DNA from: an uncultured Gemmatimonadaceae bacterium
Lineage (GTDB): Bacteria; Gemmatimonadota; Gemmatimonadetes; Gemmatimonadales; Gemmatimonadaceae
Direction of reading: 5' to 3'
DNA: 64,000 nucleotides
Assembly (NCBI GenBank): GCA_963781585.1
Contig: CAWAGQ010000005.1
Span: 192,001 to 256,000, forward strand
Part shown: positions 41,367 to 50,334 of the stretch, one piece after another
Numbering within the stretch: the stretch's first letter is position 1
How the letters are laid out: each line of letters opens with the position of its first letter
Position numbers and translations under genes: made by a program
Notes under the pieces: generated by a model
Told to the model about the DNA's origin: nothing
Seen by the model: only the letters and a program-made list of their open reading frames with translations
Databases searched by the model: none

Positions 41367-42617
41367 ATGCCCACTCGACTGAAGCTCTCGACGATGATGT
41401 TCCTCCAGTACTTCATCTGGGGAGCATGGTTCGTCACCATGGGCACGTACCTGAGCCAGACCCTCCACTTCAGTGACCCGCAGGTCGGACTGGCGTACGG
41501 AGCGACGGCGATTGCCGCGCTTGTCTCGCCGTTCTTCATGGGAATCGTCGCCGATCGGTTCTTTGCCACCGAGAAACTGCTGGCAGCCCTCCACATCATC
41601 GGTGGCGGCGTGATGTGGCTCGTCTCCACCCAGACGACCTTCGCGACGTTCTATCCGCTGCTGATCGTGTATGCGCTGTGCTACATGCCCACGCTGAGCC
41701 TCACCAATTCCATCTCGTTTCACCACGTGGAGGACGCGGCGCGCGATTTCCCGTTCATCCGGGTCCTCGGAACCATTGGATGGATTGTTGCCGGCACGCT
41801 CATCGGGAAGGTGCTCCACGTGGAACCGCTCGCCACACCAATGCGGATCGCGGCAGGGGCCTCGTTCGTCCTTGGCCTCTATTCCCTGATGCTGCCGCAT
41901 ACGCCCCCCAAGGCCGCCGGTGCCCCGTTCAGCGTACGTGACGCCCTCGGCCTCGACGCCCTGCAGCTCCTCGAGCAGCGTGACTTCTCGATCTTCGTCC
42001 TGGGCTCCTTCCTGCTCTGCATTCCGCTGCAGTTCTACTACACATTCGCCAATCCTTTCCTGAACGAGATCCGCGCGCCCGAGCCGGCGTTCATCCAGAC
42101 GTTCGGCCAGTGGTCCGAGATCTTCTTCATGCTGCTCCTGCCCTTCTTCCTGAAGCGGTACGGCATCAAGGCGATCATGCTCGGGGGAATGCTCGCCTGG
42201 TCCCTCCGGTATTTCGCCTTCGGCGCAGGGGATGTGGGGACGGGGATGTGGCTCATCTACGCAGGAATCGTTCTCCACGGCGCCTGCTATGATTTCTTCT
42301 TCGTCGCCGGACAGATCTACACCGATGAGCGTGCCGGCCCGCGCATTCGCGCCGCGGCGCAGGGACTCATCAACTTCGTCACCAACGGGGTCGGGTACTT
42401 CGTGGGTGCGTTCGTGTCCGGGGCCGTGGTCAGTCGGTATGCGGTCGCCAATCCCGCGTGCAGCGACGCCGCCGCCGCTGCCAATCAGTGTCTGCAGACC
42501 GTGCACGACTGGCATGGGGTGTGGCAGGTGCCAGCCCTGGGTGCGCTCGCCGTGCTGATTCTCTTCCTGATCCTGTTCCGTCCTCGTCGCAGCGCCGGCG
42601 CTCCCGCTCCCGTGTAG
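41367..42617 (+). CDS. NupG-like MFS nucleoside/glycoside:H+ symporter
   Basis: [27 protein letters not shown] and [11 protein letters not shown]. Confidence 0.92.
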   Translation: MPTRLKLSTMMFLQYFIWGAWFVTMGTYLSQTLHFSDPQVGLAYGATAIAALVSPFFMGIVADRFFATEKLLAALHIIGGGVMWLVSTQTTFATFYPLLIVYALCYMPTLSLTNSISFHHVEDAARDFPFIRVLGTIGWIVAGTLIGKVLHVEPLATPMRIAAGASFVLGLYSLMLPHTPPKAAGAPFSVRDALGLDALQLLEQRDFSIFVLGSFLLCIPLQFYYTFANPFLNEIRAPEPAFIQTFGQWSEIFFMLLLPFFLKRYGIKAIMLGGMLAWSLRYFAFGAGDVGTGMWLIYAGIVLHGACYDFFFVAGQIYTDERAGPRIRAAAQGLINFVTNGVGYFVGAFVSGAVVSRYAVANPACSDAAAAANQCLQTVHDWHGVWQVPALGALAVLILFLILFRPRRSAGAPAPV

Positions 42618-42619
42618 GA

Positions 42620-43555
42620 ATGGCAGGCGAGCGCCCGCGTCCAAGTATCGATACTCACACCCTCCGGCAGGTCGCGGCCGTGACGGCCCGGCCCCCAGTC
42701 GTCATCGCCGCCCATGGACGTCACGCGCAATGCGTCGCGTTCACCCGGACCGGGCGAATCCTGCTGTCAGGTGGCCAGGACGCCCAGATCCGCCTCTGGT
42801 CCGTGCCCGGCTTTCATGCCGTGGGCACGATCGTCGGACATCGCAACAGTGTGAATGGTATCTCCTTCTCGCCTGACGAGAAATGGCTCGCCACCAGTTC
42901 GAGCGATGGGACGGTCCGGATCTGGTCGTTTCCGGAAGGCCATGCCGACCGCATTCTCCAGAAACAGATCTGGTCCGGTTTCTCACCGTCAGGGCGTCTG
43001 CTTGCGACCATTTCAACCAGGCGCGTCGTCACGCTCTGGGAGGTCGAATCAGGCAGGGAGGTGACGCGGGTGAGCGCGCTCGATCGAAGGATCCTCAACG
43101 CGGCATTCACGCCTGACGAGCGCACGCTCCTGCTGGGCGGCACCGGTCGCATCCATCGCGTGGCAATTCCGGATGGTGGCGTGGAAGGATCGTTCCCCGC
43201 GCATCAGGGCGTGGTCGCGAATCTCCGCGTCGCGCCGGACGGCTCGACGCTCGCGTCGAGCGGGCCGCCGGGCGAGGTCCGGTTCTGGTCCCCGCGCGAC
43301 TGGGCTCTCCAGGGCGAGGTCGCCCTCGACGCGGCAGGAATGCTGTCAATGGCCTTTGCGCCCGATTCTTCCGAGGTGACCGTCGGTGTCGACTTCAACC
43401 TGCTGACGGTGAACCTGGCCGAGCGCGCGATCACAGCTCGCCGCCGCGTCGGCGTGAAGGGCGTCTATGGGATCGCCTATTCGCCCGACGGCCGATACCT
43501 CGCCAACGCCGCCGCCGACGGAAAGGTGCGCGTCTGGGAACTGGAGCGGCCATGA
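42620..43555 (+). CDS. WD40-repeat protein
   Basis: SGGQDAQIRLW, GHRNSVNGISFSPD…SDGTVRIW and ADGKVRVWE. Start uncertain (alternative GTG near 42680). Confidence 0.88.
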   Translation: MAGERPRPSIDTHTLRQVAAVTARPPVVIAAHGRHAQCVAFTRTGRILLSGGQDAQIRLWSVPGFHAVGTIVGHRNSVNGISFSPDEKWLATSSSDGTVRIWSFPEGHADRILQKQIWSGFSPSGRLLATISTRRVVTLWEVESGREVTRVSALDRRILNAAFTPDERTLLLGGTGRIHRVAIPDGGVEGSFPAHQGVVANLRVAPDGSTLASSGPPGEVRFWSPRDWALQGEVALDAAGMLSMAFAPDSSEVTVGVDFNLLTVNLAERAITARRRVGVKGVYGIAYSPDGRYLANAAADGKVRVWELERP

Positions 43556-43614
43556 GCTATGGCCTGTGAGCTATGGCCTGTGAGCTATGGCCTATGGCCT
43601 TCCCCTATGGCCTG
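43553..43614 (+). repeat. Heptamer array filling the gap between two convergent genes
   Basis: TGAGCTA TGGCCTG TGAGCTA TGGCCTG TGAGCTA TGGCCTA TGGCCTT. Confidence 0.9.
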
Positions 43615-44837
43615 AATCTCCCCCGCGCCACCGCCGGAACGAACTTCTCGATGCCTCTCGGGGGAAAGGCCAGCGTCCTTCCCTCTTCCGCACTCTGATA
43701 CGCGGTCATCAGCAGCTTCACCACCTCCACACCGTCACCAAAGCTGAGCCGCGGTTTCTCCTTGCCGAGAAACGCGCGCACGAAATGCTGATCCTCGTTG
43801 GAGTAGCCATAGGCGGCCCATTCCTCGGGGACCACCGGCATCAGCCCCACCTCCGCATTCTGCTTTTCCACCAGATCCTCGCCCGCCTTCCCCTGCACCT
43901 CTCGGCTGAAAAAGAGCGACAAGCCGCTGTCCAGCGAATTCCACTTCATCGAATACTCCGGGCCGAGCAGCTCCGCTGAGAGACGCAGGCCTGCACCCAC
44001 GAAGCTCCACGAGGTCGTGGCCTCGCCAACCACGCGGTAGCCGTCGCTGGTGTCGAATTCGATGGTCAGGCTCGCGAAGTCCTCGGCAGGCGCCTTTCGA
44101 TAGTTCACCTCGCTGCCCATCGTCTTCTTCAGGCGCTTCACGTACTCCGGACGCGTCCACTTCAGCGACGCAATGTGGCCCGTCACGCGCGCCGGGCGCA
44201 CCGAGTCCAGGGACTCGCCGGGCGCGGTCAACAGATGCCTGACGACCAGCGCCGAGTGACACATCATGTCGTTCAGCACGCCGCCGCCCTGCAACCGCCC
44301 CTGCCAGAACCAGGGCATGTGGGGCCCCGAGTGCTCCTCGGCCGCTCTTGCCAGGTATGGACGGCCCGTCGTGGCCGCTCCGCGTGCCCACAGCAGCGCC
44401 TTCCCTGCCTCGATGTGCGGCGCGAAGAGCTGATTCTCCAGATACCCGGTTACCAACCCTGCTGACTCCGCAAGGCGACGCACCTCCATGGCTTCGCGCA
44501 CGTTACGCGCGAGTGGTTTTTCGCAGGCAATCGCCCGGAGTCTGCCGCGGCCGCGTCTGAGCGTATCGACGATTTCCTCCACGTTCTCGACCCGGACGTG
44601 GTTCGGCCCACAAAGCCAGATCGCGTCGATCGCCGGATCCGCCACCATACTGGCGATGCTCGCGAACGGCTTTGCGTCCCCCACATCCAGGTCGCGGGCG
44701 AGCCGGGCGGCAGCGGCGGCCCGCTTGGCGTTCGGGCTCCAGACGCCGCGGATGTCCGCGTCGCGTACGCTGCGCCATGCCTTGAAATGAAACTGTGCGT
44801 TGAAGCCCGAACCGATGAAGCCGACGCCGAGAGTCAT
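43605..44837 (-). CDS. Gfo/Idh/MocA family oxidoreductase
   Basis: VGFIGSGFNAQFH, ACEKPLA and GGGVLNDMMCH. Confidence 0.92.
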   Translation of the reverse strand: MTLGVGFIGSGFNAQFHFKAWRSVRDADIRGVWSPNAKRAAAAARLARDLDVGDAKPFASIASMVADPAIDAIWLCGPNHVRVENVEEIVDTLRRGRGRLRAIACEKPLARNVREAMEVRRLAESAGLVTGYLENQLFAPHIEAGKALLWARGAATTGRPYLARAAEEHSGPHMPWFWQGRLQGGGVLNDMMCHSALVVRHLLTAPGESLDSVRPARVTGHIASLKWTRPEYVKRLKKTMGSEVNYRKAPAEDFASLTIEFDTSDGYRVVGEATTSWSFVGAGLRLSAELLGPEYSMKWNSLDSGLSLFFSREVQGKAGEDLVEKQNAEVGLMPVVPEEWAAYGYSNEDQHFVRAFLGKEKPRLSFGDGVEVVKLLMTAYQSAEEGRTLAFPPRGIEKFVPAVARGRFRP

Positions 44838-44992
44838 TGGGATGGGTATTGGTGATGGCCGCGAAAGCGCAGGACACGCCCGGTCACGAACATGTCGCCC
44901 CGACGACCCGCCGAGAAGACCGCGCACCCGTGGAAATCACCACCCCACCTCCTCCATGTTTCGGGTATCGACTTTCCCCGGGGCCGCGCTGC

Positions 44993-46117
44993 ATGCCGCC
45001 TGCGCTCACCACGCCTCCCCCCGATTCCGCAGACCGGTTCACCGCGTCCACGGCGTTCTGGCATCGCCTGGATGATGGCCGCGTACAGTGCGATATCTGC
45101 CCCCGGGCCTGCCGGCTTCACGAAGGGCAGCGCGGGCTGTGCTTCGTGCGCGCGCGGCACGGCGGCGAGATCGTCCTCACCAGCTACGGTCGCTCGAGCG
45201 GATTCTGCGTCGACCCCGTCGAGAAGAAGCCGCTCAATCACTTTCTTCCCGGCACTCCGGTGCTCTCGTTCGGGACGGCTGGTTGCAACCTGGCGTGCAA
45301 GTTCTGCCAGAACTGGGACATCAGCAAATCCCGCGAGATCGACACGCTCGCTGATTCCGCCTCACCTGCGCGCATCGCCCAGGTCGCGATCGACTTGGGC
45401 TGCCGGAGCGTGGCGTTCACCTACAACGACCCCGTCATCTTCCACGAGTACGCCATCGACGTGGCGCAGGCATGTCACGCCCGCGGTCTCCGCAGCGTTG
45501 CCGTCACCGCGGGATATCAGAACCCGGCGCCACGCGCCGAGTTCTATCGGCACATGGACGCCGCGAACGTCGACTTGAAAGCCTTTACCGAGAAGTTCTA
45601 CCACGACATCTGCGCCGGCCACCTGACCGCAGTGCTCGAGACGCTCGAGTACCTCAGGCACGAGACCACCGTGTGGTTCGAGATCACCAACCTCGTCATT
45701 CCCGGCCTCAACGACAGCGATGAAGAATTCCACGCCATGACCACCTGGATCGTCGAGCGGCTCGGCCCCGACATTCCCATTCACTTTACGGCCTTTCATC
45801 CGGACTGGAAGATGCGGGACCGGCCTCCAACCCCGCCGGCTACCCTCGCGCGCGCCCGCCGTATCGCGATGCAGAACGGAATCCGCTACGCGTACATGGG
45901 CAACGTGCACGACGTGACCGGCGGTACGACCCGATGCCACGCCTGCGATGCCGCGTTGATCGAGCGCGACTGGTACGAGATCCGAGGCTGGCACCTGACG
46001 AGCACTGGGCAATGCGAACGCTGCGGCACCCCGTGCGCCGGAGTGTTTGACGGTGTCCCGGGAACCTGGGGAGCACGCAGACGCCCCGTGTGGATGGGTG
46101 GCACGCATCCCCGCTGA
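44993..46117 (+). CDS. amrS: AmmeMemoRadiSam system radical SAM enzyme
   Basis: N-terminal CDICPRAC…C, DPVEKKPLNHF, CNLACKFC and AFHPDWKM. Confidence 0.93.
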   Translation: MPPALTTPPPDSADRFTASTAFWHRLDDGRVQCDICPRACRLHEGQRGLCFVRARHGGEIVLTSYGRSSGFCVDPVEKKPLNHFLPGTPVLSFGTAGCNLACKFCQNWDISKSREIDTLADSASPARIAQVAIDLGCRSVAFTYNDPVIFHEYAIDVAQACHARGLRSVAVTAGYQNPAPRAEFYRHMDAANVDLKAFTEKFYHDICAGHLTAVLETLEYLRHETTVWFEITNLVIPGLNDSDEEFHAMTTWIVERLGPDIPIHFTAFHPDWKMRDRPPTPPATLARARRIAMQNGIRYAYMGNVHDVTGGTTRCHACDAALIERDWYEIRGWHLTSTGQCERCGTPCAGVFDGVPGTWGARRRPVWMGGTHPR

Positions 46118-46196
46118 GGCGGAGCCGCATGGCGACGGGCGCGGTTGTGTCCAGCGGATTTGCGAGTGCCCATCGCGGCGCGCAGGATTGCCATCC

Positions 46197-46745
46197 ATGA
46201 CCTCCGACCGCCGACTCCCCGCCGTGGCAGGTCGCTTCTATCCGGCCGATCCCGGCGAACTCCGCCGGACCGTGGCCCGTCATGACGCCAGTGCACACCG
46301 CTTCGAACACGCCATCGAAGTCGAACTGCCCTTCATTCAGGTGCTGGAAACGGCGGTGCGCATCGTGCCACTGGTTCTCGCGTGGGATGACTGGGACCGG
46401 TCCGAGAAACTCGCCGCCGCGCTGACGCAGGTGATCGCCACATCGCCCCAGCCGGTGTTGCTCCTCGCCTCATCAGACATGACCCATTACGAGAGTGCTC
46501 GCTCGGCGGCCCGAAAGGACCGCATCGCTCTCGACGCGATCGATCGGCTCGACGGGCAGGCCCTGCTCGCGGCCTGCGAGCGCGAACGCATCTCCATGTG
46601 TGGACGAGCGCCCGCGGCGGTAGCGATCGAAGCCGCACGCCAACTCGGGGCCACCGCGGCTGAGTTGGTGGACTACCGCCATTCGGGTATGGCCTCGGGC
46701 GACGATCACACCGTCGTCGCCTACGCCAGCGTCCTGATCCCGTAG
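46197..46745 (+). pseudogene. amrB: AmmeMemoRadiSam protein B (MEMO1 family) with an apparent in-frame internal deletion
   Basis: PAVAGRFYP, AHRFEHAIEVELPF, ASSDMTHY and SMCG are present. The PHAG, GPNH and TPLG segment is missing, and the protein is only 182 aa. Confidence 0.7.
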
Positions 46746-46770
46746 GGCGAGGCGATTCGGAGCAGACGAC

Positions 46771-47658
46771 TCAAGCCGGTGGAAGCTGCAGCACCACGAC
46801 CGTGACGTTGTCCTTGCCACCGCGCTCCAGGGCGAGATTGAGCAGATCGCGGCTGATTGTTTCTGCCTTGCCGCCCGCCTTGAACCGGTTCTGAATCTCA
46901 TCGTCGTTGACGTGCCGCGTGAGCCCATCGGTGCAGAGCAGTACCCCGTCGCCCCACTCGATGTCGGTCACCGCGAGTTCCGGTTCCAGCTGTGGACTCC
47001 CCAGGGCGCTCACCAGCACGTGCTTCCAGTGTGTCGCCTCCGCCACCTCCTTCTTCATCACGCCCGAGTCGACCATCGCCTGGGCCATGGTCTGATCCGT
47101 CGTCAGGCACTGGAGCGCCCCGTGACGGAAGCGGTACGCCCGGCTGTCCCCCACGTTGATGAGGAACCACCGAGGCCAGAAGCCCATCAGCATCGTGAAC
47201 GTGGTGGCGTTGGATCCCGGCGCCTCCGGCTTGTTGTCTCCCCGCAGCACCTCGTGCGCCTTGAGCACGAATGCGCGCATCCGCTCCGCCACCTCCGCCT
47301 CCCGAGCGGGGTCGGTCTGCATCGAGACCTCTCCCATGTCCAGGATATGCTGCGACACCTCGCGAATGGCCTGCGCACTCCCCTCCGCTGCGTCCGCCAA
47401 AGCACCCACGCCATCGGCCACCAGCATCAGGAAGCCGCGGGTGTAGGTCGAGAGCGACGGGAACGTGCCGGCCTCGATGCTCGACGAGACCACCTCCATG
47501 GCACGATAGAACTTTGCCACCAGGAAGTGATCGGCGTTGCGCGGCCGGATCTTCCCCGGATGCGTCAGGCCGAAAACGTCGGGCTCATGAGGTAGCGGCT
47601 TCTGCATGGGCAGTCTACTGCTCTTGCTCGTCTCGGCGGCGGGTGCGAAGGTCTTCAT
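46771..47658 (-). CDS. PP2C/PPM family protein phosphatase
   Basis: THPGKIRPRNAD, VADGVG, NVGDSRAY, LLCTDGL and GGKDNVTV. Confidence 0.92.
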   Translation of the reverse strand: MKTFAPAAETSKSSRLPMQKPLPHEPDVFGLTHPGKIRPRNADHFLVAKFYRAMEVVSSSIEAGTFPSLSTYTRGFLMLVADGVGALADAAEGSAQAIREVSQHILDMGEVSMQTDPAREAEVAERMRAFVLKAHEVLRGDNKPEAPGSNATTFTMLMGFWPRWFLINVGDSRAYRFRHGALQCLTTDQTMAQAMVDSGVMKKEVAEATHWKHVLVSALGSPQLEPELAVTDIEWGDGVLLCTDGLTRHVNDDEIQNRFKAGGKAETISRDLLNLALERGGKDNVTVVVLQLPPA

Positions 47659-47682
47659 GGTCGGCGGTCTCCCTGCGGACGA

Positions 47683-48306
47683 TCACCACCGACAGCATGG
47701 CGCGCGGAGTCGTCGCGCGCCAGAGTCGGCAGGCCGCCCCTGGCGCTCCTGCAGCCGAGCCCGCCCTGGCTGCTGATCGTCACGCACCGCCGTGGAGTTA
47801 CGGCGCACCACCAGGTGGCCGGTGAGCGGCATCTCGACGTCCACCCACTCTCCCCGCCAGCGAACACAAACCTGCCGCGCGCCGCGCGATGTGTACTGCT
47901 CGCAGACGTCCTTCCGCTGTCGCGTGATGATTGCGGTGCGCCAGGTGCTGGCACGCGTGGGATCCCTGAGGCTGATCGTATACACGACCCGCTGAAATCC
48001 CTTCGTCCCCTCGCAGAGATAGTGCGCTGCGATCGTCGGATCGGATGACTCTCCCTCCGAGGTGGGGCGGCATGAGCCATCCGACGCCTCGAAGACAACC
48101 ACTTTCCCGCCGATGATGAATCGACCATGAACTTCGCTTCGGTCCATGAATGCGACGAAATCGAATGACCCCCGTGAGCTCCCGGCGTCGGAGCCGGGTG
48201 GAGAAGTGTGATGACAACCGACACCGGCACACAGCACGAGAGTCGCGGGGGAGAACGTCCAACCAGACGCCTGGCGCAATGCAAATGAACGCGTCTTGCG
48301 AAACAC
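47683..48306 (-). CDS. Hypothetical putative lipoprotein
   Basis: Hydrophobic stretch ending GVGC and paired cysteines. Start and C-terminus are uncertain. Confidence 0.5.
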   Translation of the reverse strand: MFRKTRSFALRQASGWTFSPATLVLCAGVGCHHTSPPGSDAGSSRGSFDFVAFMDRSEVHGRFIIGGKVVVFEASDGSCRPTSEGESSDPTIAAHYLCEGTKGFQRVVYTISLRDPTRASTWRTAIITRQRKDVCEQYTSRGARQVCVRWRGEWVDVEMPLTGHLVVRRNSTAVRDDQQPGRARLQERQGRPADSGARRLRAPCCRW

Positions 48307-48318
48307 GAATCGGTCTGG

Positions 48319-48399
48319 TCAGCTATCAGTTATCAGATATCTGCGGTCAGCGGTTAGCCATATGAGCCATGACCTTATGAGCTATCGCCCTATGACCTC
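48319..48399 (+). repeat. Mixed heptamer array (TCAGNTA, then TGAGCTA/TGACCT)
   Basis: TCAGCTA TCAGTTA TCAGATA TCTGCGG TCAGCGG TTAGCCA…TGAGCCA…TGAGCTA…TGACCTC. Confidence 0.75.
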
Positions 48400-48402
48400 C
48401 TC

Positions 48403-49425
48403 TCAGCGCCCACCAAGCAGCGCCTTCGGCACCATCATGTGCACGCCCACGTTACCATCCACCAGTTCCGTGATCCGGAGGTCGGCCGCGATGCTCGCCA
48501 GTTGATAGGCAGCCATTTGCGTCAGATCCTTCTTTTCCATCAGCAGCTTCACCATCTGGTCGATGGCAATGCGCGTCGCCCTGGTGAGCGAGGTATCCGT
48601 CCCCATCGTGATCCAGTGGGTTGGCGTCTCCGCTCGGGGCCAGTCCAGTTTCATGTCCTTGCGCACGGTCAGCTGCAGTCGACCGCGAAGGCTGGTTTCG
48701 ATAGCGGTCTGGTCCACCTCGCCGTCACCCTGCGCTGCGTGCCCATCACCGACTTCGAACAGCGCTCCCTTCACGAAAACCGGGATGTAGAGCGTCGTGC
48801 CCGCCACCAGCTCCTTGTTGTCGAGGTTCCCGGCGTGAGTGCTCGGGGGGTTGCTGCTCACCCGGCCCAGGCTGGCCGCCGGCGCTACCCCCATGCTCCC
48901 GAAGAACGGGCGCAGCGGCACCTCGATGCCGGGGGCGAATATCCCCACCTTGCGCTTGGCATCCAGTCGGATGATACGGGTCGCTGTGGGGTCTCCCCTC
49001 ACGCATAGGTCCCGCGCGAAGCCGCTGCAGCCGTTGTACCCGTATGGGATCTTGAGGTCGATCGAAACAATCCTGACCTCCAGCACGTCGCCCGAGTCGG
49101 CCCCCTCCACGAAGATCGGACCCGTGAGGATGTGACCGCCTGGTCCACGCGCGCTCCCCGTCACCTGCGCCACGATGTCTCGAAGCTCCGGCTCCACCTC
49201 GGCGGCTGGCACTCCCGCTGCCTCCAGCCGGTTCGGCGAGTTCGTGAGCATCGTGGTGACATCGACCAGGTCGCCTGAAGCGATCGTCAGAGCGGGCTTG
49301 GCTTCTGACCAGTAGTAGCCGTAGGCCACCGTTTGCGGTGTGGCAGGGAGCTTGTGGACCTTCTGCGCGCCACCCCGGGCGATCGGTAGGCCAAGCATGG
49401 CCAGCCACATGAGGTTTCGGATCAT
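48403..49425 (-). CDS. Secreted acetamidase/formamidase family protein
   Basis: AGGAG RBS, signal peptide, GHILTGPIFVEGA, AGNLDNKEL and GDGHAAQGDGEV. Confidence 0.92.
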   Translation of the reverse strand: MIRNLMWLAMLGLPIARGGAQKVHKLPATPQTVAYGYYWSEAKPALTIASGDLVDVTTMLTNSPNRLEAAGVPAAEVEPELRDIVAQVTGSARGPGGHILTGPIFVEGADSGDVLEVRIVSIDLKIPYGYNGCSGFARDLCVRGDPTATRIIRLDAKRKVGIFAPGIEVPLRPFFGSMGVAPAASLGRVSSNPPSTHAGNLDNKELVAGTTLYIPVFVKGALFEVGDGHAAQGDGEVDQTAIETSLRGRLQLTVRKDMKLDWPRAETPTHWITMGTDTSLTRATRIAIDQMVKLLMEKKDLTQMAAYQLASIAADLRITELVDGNVGVHMMVPKALLGGR

Positions 49426-49757
49426 ACCGCAACATCTCCTGTCGGATACGGATTTGTCCTCGATCATACCGCACACCCGACTTCGGCGCCATTTGACGCT
49501 TGCCCCTCGGTCTCCCTCCGGTCCCGTACGGTCGGCCTCGGCACCACGGCGACCACCAGGGACTTCCGCGCGATCAGCGGTCCCGGCTTACCCTCCCGGC
49601 GCCACCACGTACCCTTCGCCGCCTCTCTCCCACCCCCCACCCCCAACCCCCCACCGGGGCCACCCACTGGCGGATTGGGATCGCCCCCTAACATTTCAGA
49701 GACATCAACATCGTCCACGGCGGCTTTCGCGCCGCCTTCATTCCGGAGTGACATCGT

Positions 49758-50246
49758 ATGCGACGTACCGCACTGTTCCTGAGCGTGGCGGCCCTCACGC
49801 TCGCGTCCACCACTGCTATTCATGCGCAGGCTGCGAATTTCGCGGGCAAGTGGACCATGGTTCCCGATCCCAATGCAGCGGGTGGTGGTGGTCGAGGGGG
49901 CCGCGGCGGTCTCGGTCAGGAAGTCACCATCGCGCAGGATGCGAAGACGCTTACCATCACTCGCACCACGCAGATGGGCGAGACGAAAAGCGTCTACAAT
50001 CTTGACGGGTCCGACAGCAAGAACACCATGACCATGGGTGGCAACTCGGTCGATCAGATTTCGCAGGCCAAGTGGGATGGCAGCAAGCTTGTCATCAACT
50101 CGAGCATGCAGATGGGCGACCAGGAGAGAAAGACCTCGATGACGTTGTCGCTCGATTCCTCGGGTAGCCTCGTCGTGGAATCGACGTCACCCGGACGTGG
50201 CGGCGGCGAGCCTGTGACCAGGACATCGACCTACAAGAAGAGCTGA
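49758..50246 (+). CDS. Secreted hypothetical beta-barrel-like protein with a GGRGG loop
   Basis: GGAG RBS, signal peptide (IHA-Q), NFAGKW, YNLDGS and AKWDGSKLVI. Confidence 0.8.
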   Translation: MRRTALFLSVAALTLASTTAIHAQAANFAGKWTMVPDPNAAGGGGRGGRGGLGQEVTIAQDAKTLTITRTTQMGETKSVYNLDGSDSKNTMTMGGNSVDQISQAKWDGSKLVINSSMQMGDQERKTSMTLSLDSSGSLVVESTSPGRGGGEPVTRTSTYKKS

Positions 50247-50265
50247 GGACAATCCGAACACACGC

Positions 50266-50306
50266 GAGGGCCCGGTGCCGCATGGTACCGGGCCCTCTTG
50301 CTATTT
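50266..50306 (+). terminator. Rho-independent terminator
   Basis: GAGGGCCCGGT…ACCGGGCCCTC stem followed by TTGCTATTT. Confidence 0.75.
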
Positions 50307-50334
50307 CTCGGAGGAGACGGCGAGCTTCGGCCCG

